Below are positions 20,551 to 29,720 of a DNA stretch of 64,000 bases, piece after piece. The notes below the pieces were generated by a model that was given only the letters and a program-made list of their open reading frames with translations, ran no database searches and was not told the DNA's origin. Each line of letters starts with the position of its first letter. Positions within the stretch are counted from its first letter, which is position 1. Source of the DNA: Dehalococcoidia bacterium (GTDB taxonomy: Bacteria > Chloroflexota > Dehalococcoidia > GIF9 > AB-539-J10); assembly GCA_049678605.1 (NCBI GenBank), contig JBAUEM010000014.1:873-64872 (forward strand). The letters are read 5' to 3'. Position numbers and translations under genes: made by a program.

Positions 20551-20719
20551 TGATGCCTATCGCATATCATATCTTTCATTACGCCTTTGACCAGGACTTG
20601 TTTAATACCGGACAGATTTCGAACCAGCATGAAAAAGTCGATAGCTAATACATAATGTACTAGCGCCAGCGAGCCTTCAAACAACTGACAAACAACCTAT
20701 CTCTGCCTATTGACTTGCC
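20551..20719. pseudogene. Chimeric gene-fragment scar: plsY 3' fragment fused to speE 3' end
   Basis: 20551-20685 aligns with plsY coding sequence 23349-23483 (about 13 mismatches in 135 nt). 20686-20719 aligns with the speE 3' end 15352-15385 (1 mismatch, stop codon retained). The join falls in a shared GACAAACA microhomology. Confidence 0.85.
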
Positions 20720-20765
20720 GTCTCAATAGCCATTTGCCTCCTCCAAGGTGGAAATCATACCCGAT

Positions 20766-22328
20766 TCAAAAGGCTTCCCGCTTACCAGTATATTTCTCCC
20801 TCAACTTTGGTTTTTCGATCTTGCCAGTGGGATTTCGTGGCACCTTATCGAATATGATTCGCCTTGGCCACTTATACTTGGGTAAATGGGCTTGATAGAA
20901 CTCCTTTATCTCCTCCTCGGTCAGGGTCATGCCAGGCTTAGGGTCGATTATAGCTGCCACTATTTCGCCTAGCCTCTCATCTGCAACTCCAATTACGGCA
21001 ACATCATGGACCTTGAGGTGACCTTGAAGCACTGCTTCTATCTCAACGGGGAAAATGTTTTCTCCACCACTAATGACTACATCCTTCTTCCTGTCGACAA
21101 GATAGATAAAGCCGTCGCTATCCATTCTCGCCATATCGCCGGTATGTAACCAGCCTCCTTTAAGAGCTTCGGCTGTTTTTTCCGGGTTCTTATAATACCC
21201 TTTCATCACCCCGTTGCCCCTGAGGAGCAGCTCACCAACCTCACCTTGAGCTACGTCCTCATCCTTATCATTTACGATGCGTGTTTGCCAGTTCAAGCCA
21301 GGTTTGCCAATAGCCCCAATCTTATGTTCATTTCCGTAACCTAGGCAAACAGGTCCCGGCCCGGTGGACTCACTCAGGCCAAAATCCGTCTCGTACAGCA
21401 TATGAGGAAAATATTCCTTCCAGCGCTTAGGTATGCTCGGTGGTATCGCCTGCGCCCCCATATGAAGACGACGGCAAGAGCTTAGGTTATCATAGTCCTC
21501 TTTTCTCAGTTCTCCCCGATCCAGCGCCCCGAGGATGTCCTGAGCCCACGGCACCAACAGGAACAGTTTTGTTACCTTCTCCTTATATATGGCGTCAAAC
21601 ATGTTTTTCGGGTTAACCTCGGTTAACAGCGTTCCCCGAGCTCCTACAACCAGGTTTCCCAGCCAGTGCACTTGGGAGAGGTGATACAACGGGGCACATA
21701 CCAGGAAATTATCGCTGTGATTTGTTTGATGTTCGAAGACTTGACCTACAGCAGCCCACTCAAGGTTTTTATGAGTAAGAAGTATTGCTTTGGGTGGTCC
21801 GGTGGTTCCGGCGGTAAAGAAGAGCACAGCTTCGTTTTCAGCGCTTATCCCTACTTCTGGAGGTTTGGGCGAAGCTTTGCTTAGTATATGTTCAAAACCT
21901 TCCATATCTGGAGGCACGTTCTGACCCACAAAGATGTAATGCTCTATTGTTGGTAGCTGAGAGCGAGCAGCCTCTACCTTTTCGGTAAATTCCTGGCTTG
22001 AAACCATCACTTTAGCTTCAACTATGTCAGCGCAGTATTTGAGGTCTCTCATGCCAAACCTGAAATTGAGGGGCACCGGCCAGGCTCCAGTCCGCATAAT
22101 GCCAAAATAGCCCTCAAGCCAATTAATGGAATTCATCATCCAATCTAATACTCTATCCCCCTTCCTAACCCCCCTCTCTATCAGGGCATTAGCTACTCTA
22201 TTTACTCTCTCGTCAAAATCCTTCCAGGTGATTTGATTTCTCAGTTTCTGACTCGGTCTTAGCTCGATAAGGGCTATATCACTGGGATACATTCGGGCGT
22301 TTCTGGCTATCATCTCAACAACCGTCAT
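20766..22328 (-). CDS. AMP-dependent acyl-CoA synthetase/ligase
   Basis: AMP-binding motif FFTAGTTGPPKAILLTHKN, later WLHTGDMARMDSDGFIYLVDRKKD and GKIEKPKLRE. Confidence 0.9.
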   Translation of the reverse strand: MTVVEMIARNARMYPSDIALIELRPSQKLRNQITWKDFDERVNRVANALIERGVRKGDRVLDWMMNSINWLEGYFGIMRTGAWPVPLNFRFGMRDLKYCADIVEAKVMVSSQEFTEKVEAARSQLPTIEHYIFVGQNVPPDMEGFEHILSKASPKPPEVGISAENEAVLFFTAGTTGPPKAILLTHKNLEWAAVGQVFEHQTNHSDNFLVCAPLYHLSQVHWLGNLVVGARGTLLTEVNPKNMFDAIYKEKVTKLFLLVPWAQDILGALDRGELRKEDYDNLSSCRRLHMGAQAIPPSIPKRWKEYFPHMLYETDFGLSESTGPGPVCLGYGNEHKIGAIGKPGLNWQTRIVNDKDEDVAQGEVGELLLRGNGVMKGYYKNPEKTAEALKGGWLHTGDMARMDSDGFIYLVDRKKDVVISGGENIFPVEIEAVLQGHLKVHDVAVIGVADERLGEIVAAIIDPKPGMTLTEEEIKEFYQAHLPKYKWPRRIIFDKVPRNPTGKIEKPKLREKYTGKREAF

Positions 22329-22751
22329 TGCGTTAGTTTGCCTCCCTTCGTGCGTATTCTACCACATTTTACAATTACGCATCGATGTGACTTAGCCCGT
22401 TTGAATGACCTAAAGTCTAGCCGAGCTGTATCAGGCCTATAATGAGAAAAGGAGAACCCAGCATGTTGACCCTCATAGGGAGTTAGTACCTCATATGGTT
22501 AGAACTTCTATGATTCAACGGTCTCCTGTTGGGTTAGCTACTTAAATGATTTGACACGCTTAGTATAAGCCTCATCGAGGTATGGCACCTTTAAAGTCTT
22601 ACCTAATCTTGGGGAGGAAGTTTTGTTTGCCACCCTTTGAAAATCCCCCTATAAACTCGTAAGCCCACAATCCCATTCCATGACTCTATCCAGTACTGCC
22701 TTGATTTGACGATAGTTAACTCTATATAAGTAAAGCTCAGTTATCCTGCTA

Positions 22752-23054
22752 TCAACCTTTATCCAATACCTCTTCCTCCCCTCCTTTTGAAAGATACAGT
22801 TGGCTTGTGCTTGATTTCACCCGTGGCACTATTTTTCCACCACAATGAGGACAAAGCATCCCAACAGTTTGTCTCGAAGTAAAGATGATGCTGACAATTC
22901 CTACGACTGCCAGCGCTATTCCTACGCCCATTACCACCCACCAGATTGCTTCCCTGAAGTCAGGCCTCCTTAGAAAAACGCCGAGGACTATCAGCGCAGC
23001 ACCCAGGACCACCCACACCAGCACCGTTAGGATATCGTACCTTTTATAAGTCAT
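22752..23054 (-). CDS. Small two-TM membrane protein with CPHCGG motif (paralog 2)
   Basis: Same RBS and sequence as 15490-15816 except for the C-terminal tail, which lies outside the repeat. Confidence 0.7.
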   Translation of the reverse strand: MTYKRYDILTVLVWVVLGAALIVLGVFLRRPDFREAIWWVVMGVGIALAVVGIVSIIFTSRQTVGMLCPHCGGKIVPRVKSSTSQLYLSKGGEEEVLDKG

Positions 23055-23110
23055 TTTCCCACCTCCTATTCTAGACTATAACAAAGTACCATCTATCGCC
23101 TACGTTGTCT
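22781..23110. repeat. 330-bp direct repeat, copy 2 (partner at 15543-15873)
   Basis: See copy 1. Confidence 0.9.
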
Positions 23111-23332
23111 AGCCCCTAGCAGCTTCTCCAAAAGTCTTTTCAATTTCCGTAGGCTTCAGCCCCCTGAGGTTACAGAAAGCCTGTTATCCAAGAGCTGTTT
23201 ATCAGGAGTCTGTAGATAACTGTGCTATGCCAGAGAGAGCATAATCACGTTTGAAATTGTCGAATACACACTATGGACGATTGTTCAGTCGGAACTACTT
23301 ATGAAAGCTCGGATACCCCACGACTGATGACC

Positions 23333-23947
23333 TCATTTTACTTTCTTCTGATGCCTATCGTATATTATGTCTTTCATTATGCCTTTAGCCAGGACTTGTT
23401 TAATACCGGACAGATTTCGAACCAGCATGAAAAGGTCGATAGCCAGTACATAACGTACTAGCGGCAGCGAGCCTTCAAACAACCAGACAAACAGAGGCAA
23501 CAGGGCAAATCCAATGAGTATGGCCGACGTAAATTTACGGGTAGTAAAGAACGGAATAGCTATTATTGCCAGCGTAACAAGTATTGCCCTGGGGGCTAGT
23601 ACGAGAAAGATACCTATAATGGTGGCTGAACCTCTGCCACCCCTGAAACCTGCGAACACAGGGAAATTATGCCCTACTAGAACACCAAAACCGGTCCCAA
23701 AGACCCAGAGTTCCGAAATGTTTAGAGTCTGTGCAATGAGTATAGCACCCGACCCCTTCGCGACATCAATGAGGCCGACAAAAATGCCTTCATGAGTACC
23801 AATTTGGCGGATAACATTAGCGGCACCCATGTTACCTGAACCGACATTCCGAATATCTATGCCTTTCCTCATGCGAGACACAATGTAGGCTGTAGGAATG
23901 GAGCCTAAAAGATACCCGATGATTATGCTTAGAATACCTGGTAGCAT
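23333..23947 (-). CDS. plsY: Glycerol-3-phosphate acyltransferase PlsY
   Basis: GYLLGSIPTAYIVSR...DIRNVGSGNMGAANV and FRGGRGSAT motifs in a multi-TM protein. Confidence 0.93.
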   Translation of the reverse strand: MLPGILSIIIGYLLGSIPTAYIVSRMRKGIDIRNVGSGNMGAANVIRQIGTHEGIFVGLIDVAKGSGAILIAQTLNISELWVFGTGFGVLVGHNFPVFAGFRGGRGSATIIGIFLVLAPRAILVTLAIIAIPFFTTRKFTSAILIGFALLPLFVWLFEGSLPLVRYVLAIDLFMLVRNLSGIKQVLAKGIMKDIIYDRHQKKVK

Positions 23948-24087
23948 GTCCTCACCACAAAGGATGCCTTATGCTCTATTCATGGTGACACAGCATCCTC
24001 GGACTCCGGGAAATGAATTTTTAGTCAAGCGAGTCACTTCATCTTACGCTGGAAATCCGCTGTATTCTCCGTCATTTTCTATCGCTG

Positions 24088-24966
24088 CTAGGTGGCAGAT
24101 TGTCTGTTTCCAAGCACGCTAACAATAATGAGACCAGGCCCTGTGTGCGTGCCGATAACAGGGCTTGTACGCGAGAGGTAAATAGGAACTTGAGGATACC
24201 TTGAGTGAAACCTCTGGACCAACCTGTTGGCCTCATCCAAGTCAGTGGCATACTCTACAGCTAACCCTTCAACGTTGCCAAAGCTTGCGGCAAAGTTGTA
24301 CAGGTAGTCTATCGCCTTAGCTCGGGAGCGTTCCCGAGCACAGGGATGCACTTCACCATCCTTAATGCCGATGACAGGGTTTACCTTGAGTAATGAACCA
24401 AGAAAGGCTTGCGCTTTGCCGATGCGCCCGCCGCGTTCCAGGTATTCAAGGGTATCAAAGGCAGCACGCATATCTACCCGCCCGATGGTGTGACGGGCCA
24501 CATCCAGTACTTCATCAAGGCTAGCCCCACTTTGGGCTGCTTTGGCAGCAGCGATTGTTATGAAACCCTGTGCCATAACCGCCCATTGCGAGTCCAGGAC
24601 CTCTACACGACATTGCTTCTTCATCAACCCAACGGCTTGTAACGCCACCTGATAGGTAGCACTGAGCTTGGAAGTTACACTGGTAACCACGATCTCGTTT
24701 GTTTTTTCGGCAAGCTTATCGTATGCATCGGCAAAAGCCGCTGGTGGCGGCACAGATGTCGCAGGCAAAACCTTGGTGATCCGTAGCTTTTCATAGAACT
24801 GGTCAGGACTCAGGTCGAGACTATCGCGGTAGAGGTCCGTGCCAAAGCGGACAACAAGCGGAACCACTGTAATCCCGAACTCCTCAGCTACCTGAGGGGG
24901 CAGGTCGGCAACACTATCAGTCACAATGGCTACATTAGGCACGGATATTATCCTTTCCTTCACCAA
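24088..24966 (-). CDS. DegV-family fatty-acid-binding protein
   Basis: VAIVTDSVADLPPQVAEEFGITVVPLVV... and C-terminal SPVIGTHTGPG are the DegV pattern. Confidence 0.9.
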   Translation of the reverse strand: MVKERIISVPNVAIVTDSVADLPPQVAEEFGITVVPLVVRFGTDLYRDSLDLSPDQFYEKLRITKVLPATSVPPPAAFADAYDKLAEKTNEIVVTSVTSKLSATYQVALQAVGLMKKQCRVEVLDSQWAVMAQGFITIAAAKAAQSGASLDEVLDVARHTIGRVDMRAAFDTLEYLERGGRIGKAQAFLGSLLKVNPVIGIKDGEVHPCARERSRAKAIDYLYNFAASFGNVEGLAVEYATDLDEANRLVQRFHSRYPQVPIYLSRTSPVIGTHTGPGLIIVSVLGNRQSAT

Positions 24967-25121
24967 GCAACCCCGACAATATCATTTTGCGGCCACACGG
25001 GACTGGAATAGTCCGGGTCGTCTGTAGATACGATACTGCTTGCTCATAAACTGCGCGAGGAAATGACACCACACCGGGGCGGGCTACCAGGGCGAGAGGA
25101 GCCATTAGTCCAGCTACGATA

Positions 25122-25352
25122 TTATTTCCAGTCAGTTAGTTCGGCCTTTGCCAGCATACTTCCAAGTGCCACTAACCATAACGACGAGGTGATCGCCAGG
25201 CCTAAAATCCACCAGCTTAACGTATCCTCCTGCTGGATATCCCCTATGACCATTTTGGACAATAAATAAAGAAGACCAATCCCAGCCGCTGCTAGCATAG
25301 AGTGTGCCACTACACGCCATCCTTTTCGTGTTAAAAACTTCTTTATAAGCAT
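25122..25352 (-). CDS. Hypothetical small membrane protein (76 aa, 2 TM)
   Basis: AGGAGGGAG RBS lies 2 nt before the ATG; two hydrophobic segments. No recognisable family. Confidence 0.5.
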   Translation of the reverse strand: MLIKKFLTRKGWRVVAHSMLAAAGIGLLYLLSKMVIGDIQQEDTLSWWILGLAITSSLWLVALGSMLAKAELTDWK

Positions 25353-25597
25353 CGCTCCCTCCTTGCCCTTCTATTGATATTATAATCCATGGAGAACATC
25401 CTGAAAAGTGGAGGGGAAAGTCGGCGCGCATTCAAAAGTTGGTAAAAGGGGTCCACTCTATTTTTCTCAACACCCCATTCTTCTGTCATCGCGAGGCATG
25501 GGATTGCCGCGCTTCGCTCGCAAGGACAAAAGCCTCTTTATCGATGGGGGATAAGTCCCCGCCTTCTCAAATGGCTGTCGATTGAGGTTTTGTTTTC

Positions 25598-26149
25598 TTA
25601 CGCTTCTAAGCAGTTGAGGTAAACTTGCAAAGCTGAGCGATAACTTTGGTAAGTCCGGGAATCGAAGAGAACGAACACGACATCTTTAAGGGATGGCGCT
25701 TGCTCCTTAAGAAACGAAACAACTGTGCTTACTGCTATTTTTGCCGCTTCATCCACGGGATAGCCATAGGCTCCGGTGCTTATGGAAGGAAAGGAAATGC
25801 TGGCCAATTTGGTCTCGGTAGCTAGTTTCAGGCACTCGTAATAGGCACTCCTCAAAAGCTCAGCTTCGTTTCTACTGCCACCATGCCAGATGGGACCAGC
25901 AGTATGTATCACATAATGTGATTTGAGATTTCCCCCCGTGGTGATTACAGCTTTGCCTGTGGGCAATCTTCCTTGCTGGGCAACAATTTTCTTGCATTCC
26001 TCTAATATTGCTGGTCCCCCGGCCCGGTGTATCGCCCCATCCACCCCTCCGCCACCCATTAGGCTGGAGTTGGCAGCGTTAACGATGGCATCGGTAGCTT
26101 GCCTGGTGATATCCCCTTGGACAATAGAAATTTTTGTTTGACTGGTCAT
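25598..26149 (-). CDS. Macro-domain protein (O-acetyl-ADP-ribose deacetylase type)
   Basis: IVQGDITRQATDAIVNAANSSLMGGGGVDGAIHRAGG and SISTGAYGYP motifs. An internal ATG is preferred over the ORF track start at 26176. Confidence 0.9.
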   Translation of the reverse strand: MTSQTKISIVQGDITRQATDAIVNAANSSLMGGGGVDGAIHRAGGPAILEECKKIVAQQGRLPTGKAVITTGGNLKSHYVIHTAGPIWHGGSRNEAELLRSAYYECLKLATETKLASISFPSISTGAYGYPVDEAAKIAVSTVVSFLKEQAPSLKDVVFVLFDSRTYQSYRSALQVYLNCLEA

Positions 26150-26268
26150 AATCTCCATCTCAAAAAAAAGGGTCAACTCTATTTAATTATTTGTTTCATT
26201 GTTTCCAGCTCCTCCCTCTTCTCATTGATTAAGGTCAAAATTCGGAGCTTGAAAAGAATGAAAAGTGC

Positions 26269-27357
26269 CTAGACATTAAATAAGAAGGTAACTACATCTC
26301 CATCCTGGATGATGTAATTTTTGCCTTCTGTCCTTAGCAGACCTCTTTTTCGCGCCTCAGCTAGATTGCCGCAACTTTCCAAATCGCTATAGCCGATAAC
26401 CTCAGCTCGGATAAATCCCCTTTCCATGTCGGAGTGAATCTTTCCTGCCGCTTTTGGTGCTGGAGTTCCGCCGGAGATAGTCCAGGCCTTTAGCTCAGAG
26501 GAAACTGTGGTAAAGAAAGAAACCAATCCCAGAAGGCGGTAGGAAAGGTCGATAACCCGGTCAAGCGCCGGTTTGCTCAGCCCCATAGCTTCACGGAATT
26601 CCTTGGCTTCAGCGTCGCTAAGCTGGGCTAGCTCCATCTCCAGCTTGCCGCAAAGAGCTACCACGGCAAACTGGGGGTAAAGGGAACTTATCCCACCTTC
26701 CAATTGTGAAGCCTGTGATATTTGCTCCTCTCCTATATTAAGAACTACCAGCATAGGTTTGGCGGTAAGAAATTGATAGTTGGATAACATTTTGAGATCT
26801 TCTTTAGCCAGGCCTTGTAGTCTTATTGGTATATCCTTCTCTAACTCCGCCTTAACCTTTTGAAGCAGAAGTTGCTCCTTTAAATAGGACTCCCGCTCTG
26901 CTGCTTTAGCTCCTTTTAAACTTGTCTCCAGTTTGTCAAGCCTTCTCTCGATAATAGCTAAATCGGAAATAGTGAGTTCTAAATCTAAGGAAGCTATGTC
27001 TCGTTTCGGCTCTATGCTTCCTTCAGGATGGGGAACCTTGTCATCTTCAAAAGCCCGGACTACCTGGAGCAAGGCATCAGCAGTAGTTAGATAGCTCAAG
27101 AATTCTCCCCCTACTCCTTCCGTCCCGAAGCCCTTGAGGGACCCGGCGATATCTGTGTAACTCACCTCTGCGGGAACTGTCTTTTTGGGCTGGAATATAC
27201 CTTCCAGCACTGATAGTCGGGAATCAGGCACCTTAGCCACGCCGGTATTGGGAGCCATGGTAGGGGAATAAGCGGTAACTTCAACTCTGCCTTTGGTTAG
27301 GGCATTAAAGATAGTCGTTTTGCCGCTCTCAGGTATCCCGATAATGGCAACCTTCAT
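26269..27357 (-). CDS. ychF: Redox-regulated ribosome-binding ATPase YchF
   Basis: G1 GIPESGKTT and C-terminal TGS-like GKNYIIQDGDVVTFLFNV. Confidence 0.93.
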   Translation of the reverse strand: MKVAIIGIPESGKTTIFNALTKGRVEVTAYSPTMAPNTGVAKVPDSRLSVLEGIFQPKKTVPAEVSYTDIAGSLKGFGTEGVGGEFLSYLTTADALLQVVRAFEDDKVPHPEGSIEPKRDIASLDLELTISDLAIIERRLDKLETSLKGAKAAERESYLKEQLLLQKVKAELEKDIPIRLQGLAKEDLKMLSNYQFLTAKPMLVVLNIGEEQISQASQLEGGISSLYPQFAVVALCGKLEMELAQLSDAEAKEFREAMGLSKPALDRVIDLSYRLLGLVSFFTTVSSELKAWTISGGTPAPKAAGKIHSDMERGFIRAEVIGYSDLESCGNLAEARKRGLLRTEGKNYIIQDGDVVTFLFNV

Positions 27358-27408
27358 GATTATATCCTATCATATTTTGCTTTGAGCGATTGATTAATAA
27401 CATTCATT

Positions 27409-27545
27409 TGTCATTCTGAGCCGAAGGCGAAGAATCTAACTCCGCTCAGGGTAAACTCCGCGAAGAATCCTTCGCATGGCTCAGGACGGCGTCTAGAGAT
27501 TCTTCGTCGTCCAAATGAATTTGGACTCCTCAAAATGACATTGCT
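27409..27545 (+). repeat. Composite of intergenic repeat families (family 1 plus the gtccaaatgaatttgg...aatgacatt unit)
   Basis: Family 1 core occupies 27409-27487. The following unit resembles 5222-5260. Confidence 0.7.
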
Positions 27546-27605
27546 AAGCGCCCTCTTTTGAGCTTCTGCCAGGAAAAGTTAGTGCTGTGATAGAATACCA
27601 GGTAA

Positions 27606-28604
27606 ATGCTCTACATTCTTTATGGTCGGGACGATTTCTCCCTTAATCAAGCTGTGGAGAAAATTAAAGCTGACCTGGGCGATTGGGAAATGCTAGCGGC
27701 TACCACCACTAGCTTAGAGGGTCAACATCTGACTTTAAGTGAACTTAGAAATAAATGTGGTGCCGCTCCCTTTTTATCCTCACATCGCCTGGTTATAGTT
27801 GATGGCTTATTAGGGCGCTTTGAGGTAAAACAAAGCAGACCACGGTCTGGCAAAGGCAAATCTGGAAATGGGCTGGGGGAATGGGAAGGCCTGGCTTCTT
27901 ACATCAAGCAAATGCCAGAAACGACTGTGCTGATGTTAGTTGATGGGGAGATGAAGGGCCCTAATCCTCTATTAAAGAAGCTTTCACCATTAGCCGAAGT
28001 AAGAACTTTCCCCTTGTTGCGAGGCAGGGATTTAAAGGCCTGGATACAACAACGAGTAAGGGCAGAGGGCGGCGATATCACCCCCCAAGCCGTGAATTTG
28101 CTCGCTGAGCTCATAGGCGGAGACTTATGGGCGATGAATGGTGAAATTCAGAAACTGCTTCTTTATAGTCGAGAGCGACCTGTCGGAGAAGATGATGTTA
28201 GACAACTGGTAAGTCATGTCCAGGAAGCTAGCATCTTTGCTCTGGTGGATGCCGTGGCCGAAGGTCGAACCGAGTTAGCCCAACGGATACTTCATCGGTT
28301 ATATCATGAGGGTATGGCACCAATATATATCCTGGTCATGATTACCAGGCAATTCCGCTTAATAGCTCAAGCCAAAGATTTGGGACCAGGACTGTCCCGC
28401 CTGCAGATTCAGGATAGGTTGGGGCTGAAATCAAGCTATAGCTTAGATAAGACGCTTAGCCAGGCCAAATTGTATGATTTTGAGGGCGTAAAACGGGTTT
28501 ACGATAAGCTTTTGGAAACCGACTTAGCCATCAAAACTGGCAAATATAGCGATAAATTAGCTATCGAGCTCCTGGTAACCGAGCTTGCCTGCCTGAATCC
28601 GTAA
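27606..28604 (+). CDS. holA: DNA polymerase III subunit delta
   Basis: N-terminal MLYILYGRDDFSLNQAVEKIK, AAPFLSSHRLVIV, and C-terminal helical domain with SLDKTLSQAKLY. Confidence 0.85.
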   Translation: MLYILYGRDDFSLNQAVEKIKADLGDWEMLAATTTSLEGQHLTLSELRNKCGAAPFLSSHRLVIVDGLLGRFEVKQSRPRSGKGKSGNGLGEWEGLASYIKQMPETTVLMLVDGEMKGPNPLLKKLSPLAEVRTFPLLRGRDLKAWIQQRVRAEGGDITPQAVNLLAELIGGDLWAMNGEIQKLLLYSRERPVGEDDVRQLVSHVQEASIFALVDAVAEGRTELAQRILHRLYHEGMAPIYILVMITRQFRLIAQAKDLGPGLSRLQIQDRLGLKSSYSLDKTLSQAKLYDFEGVKRVYDKLLETDLAIKTGKYSDKLAIELLVTELACLNP

Positions 28605-29040
28605 GTGAAAGCCCTGGGCATAGCGAAGCAATCTCCTCTCCCTTGATTGGAGAGGATTAAGGTGAGGGTGCTGTGCCAAAGGCGAGGCAATCCCATTCTC
28701 CACCCTGTCATCCTGAGCATAGCGAAGGATCTCAGCTCGCCGAGATTGCTTCGGGGCTTCGCCCCTCGCAATGACGAAGGAATGTGCCATTGCGAACCCG
28801 ATTTCCTCCCCCTTAAACCGCTTCTGTCATTGCGAGCGAAGCGTGGCAATCCCTCTCCCTTGACGGGAGAGGATTAAGAGCATGTCCTGAGTCTATCGAA
28901 GGATGGGGCTGATGTGCCGGGGTGAGGCAATCTCCTCTCCCTTGATGGGAGAGGATTAAGGTGAGGGTGCTGTGCCGAAGGCGCGGCAATCTCGGTGGGG
29001 GTATGCGGGGCTATTCTAGAGACACAGTACCTCGTTTATG
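28605..29040. repeat. Hot spot of at least 6 nested short palindromic intergenic repeats (three families)
   Basis: Hairpin unit cctctcccttgaYgggagaggattaaggtgagggtg occurs at 28635-28670, 28852-28880 and 28934-28969. It is interleaved with gtcattgcgag...caatcc and catcctgagc...gaaggatc units. About 70 bp at 28621-28700 is repeated at 28915-28995. Confidence 0.85.
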
Positions 29041-29086
29041 GTAGGCTTAATTAGTATTGTGTCTGGAATCGCAAAGGAGGTTCGCA

Positions 29087-29536
29087 ATGAAAGCATGTGA
29101 AGGACGAGTTGGCCGGGTTTTCGTGATACGGCTGGAGGATGGGGATGTTGTGCCCGAATGTATTGAGCGGTTTGCAAAGGAGAAATGGGTGTCTGTGGGA
29201 CAGGCTATCTTGGTGGGTGGAATAGGGGGTGGCGACGTCGTTGTCGGTCCGAGACGTTCGGAAGAAAGACCGCCAGAGCCCATGCTCCTGCCCATTGACG
29301 GAGCACATGAGGTGGTGGGAGTGGGTGTGCTCGCCCCCGGTGAAGATGGCAAACCGGTTTTGCACATCCATGCTGCACTGGGGCGGGCAGGGCAGACCAT
29401 GACCGGATGCCTGCGGCATGGCGTCACCACCTGGCTTGTCGGAGAAGTCATCCTCTACGAAATCCTCGGCACAAAGGTGGTGCGTGTTCAGGACAAGCAG
29501 AGCGGCTTCGAGCTTCTGGAGCCTGGGAGCAGCTAA
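29087..29536 (+). CDS. PPC-domain (DUF296) DNA-binding-type protein
   Basis: RVFVIRLEDGDVVPECIERFA...GAHEVVGVGVLA...VLHIHAALG...TMTGCLRHG matches the PPC/DUF296 pattern. AAAGGAGG RBS precedes the ATG at 29087. Confidence 0.8.
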   Translation: MKACEGRVGRVFVIRLEDGDVVPECIERFAKEKWVSVGQAILVGGIGGGDVVVGPRRSEERPPEPMLLPIDGAHEVVGVGVLAPGEDGKPVLHIHAALGRAGQTMTGCLRHGVTTWLVGEVILYEILGTKVVRVQDKQSGFELLEPGSS

Positions 29537-29541
29537 AATTT

Positions 29542-29577
29542 CCTCTCCCTTGATGGGAGAGGATTAAGGTGAGGGTG
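29542..29577 (+). repeat. Hairpin repeat (cctctccc-ttgat-gggagagg + gattaaggtgagggtg) copy
   Basis: Identical core to 28934-28969. Confidence 0.85.
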
Positions 29578-29720
29578 AAAAGGAGAAGCGTGGCAATCCC
29601 GCTGGCAGCGTATTCAATGGCATTTGAGACATAATACCTAATTTGTAGTAGGCCTAATTAGTATGGTGTCCCTGGAATTCGCAAGAAAGTCCGTTTTTTG
29701 CTACAATGGAGAGCCGAGCA

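Noticed and set aside
15351-23483. Mobile element or genomic island interpretation of the rearranged segment.
   Set aside because: No integrase, transposase, tRNA target or terminal inverted repeats are visible. The junction structure fits tandem duplication by microhomology better.
28499-28877. ORFs of 76-116 aa overlapping each other on both strands after holA.
   Set aside because: They are translations of stacked palindromic repeat units (peptides such as RFARNDR and AMLRMT), with no RBS and mutual overlap.
28605-29040. Possible CRISPR array, because a ~36-bp hairpin unit recurs three times.
   Set aside because: Spacing is irregular (217 and 82 bp). The intervening sequence is itself made of other repeat families. 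The same unit is scattered singly across the window, and there are no cas genes.
29047-29451. Two minus-strand ORFs (134 and 122 aa).
   Set aside because: They are antisense to the PPC-domain gene, which has an RBS and a recognisable family pattern.
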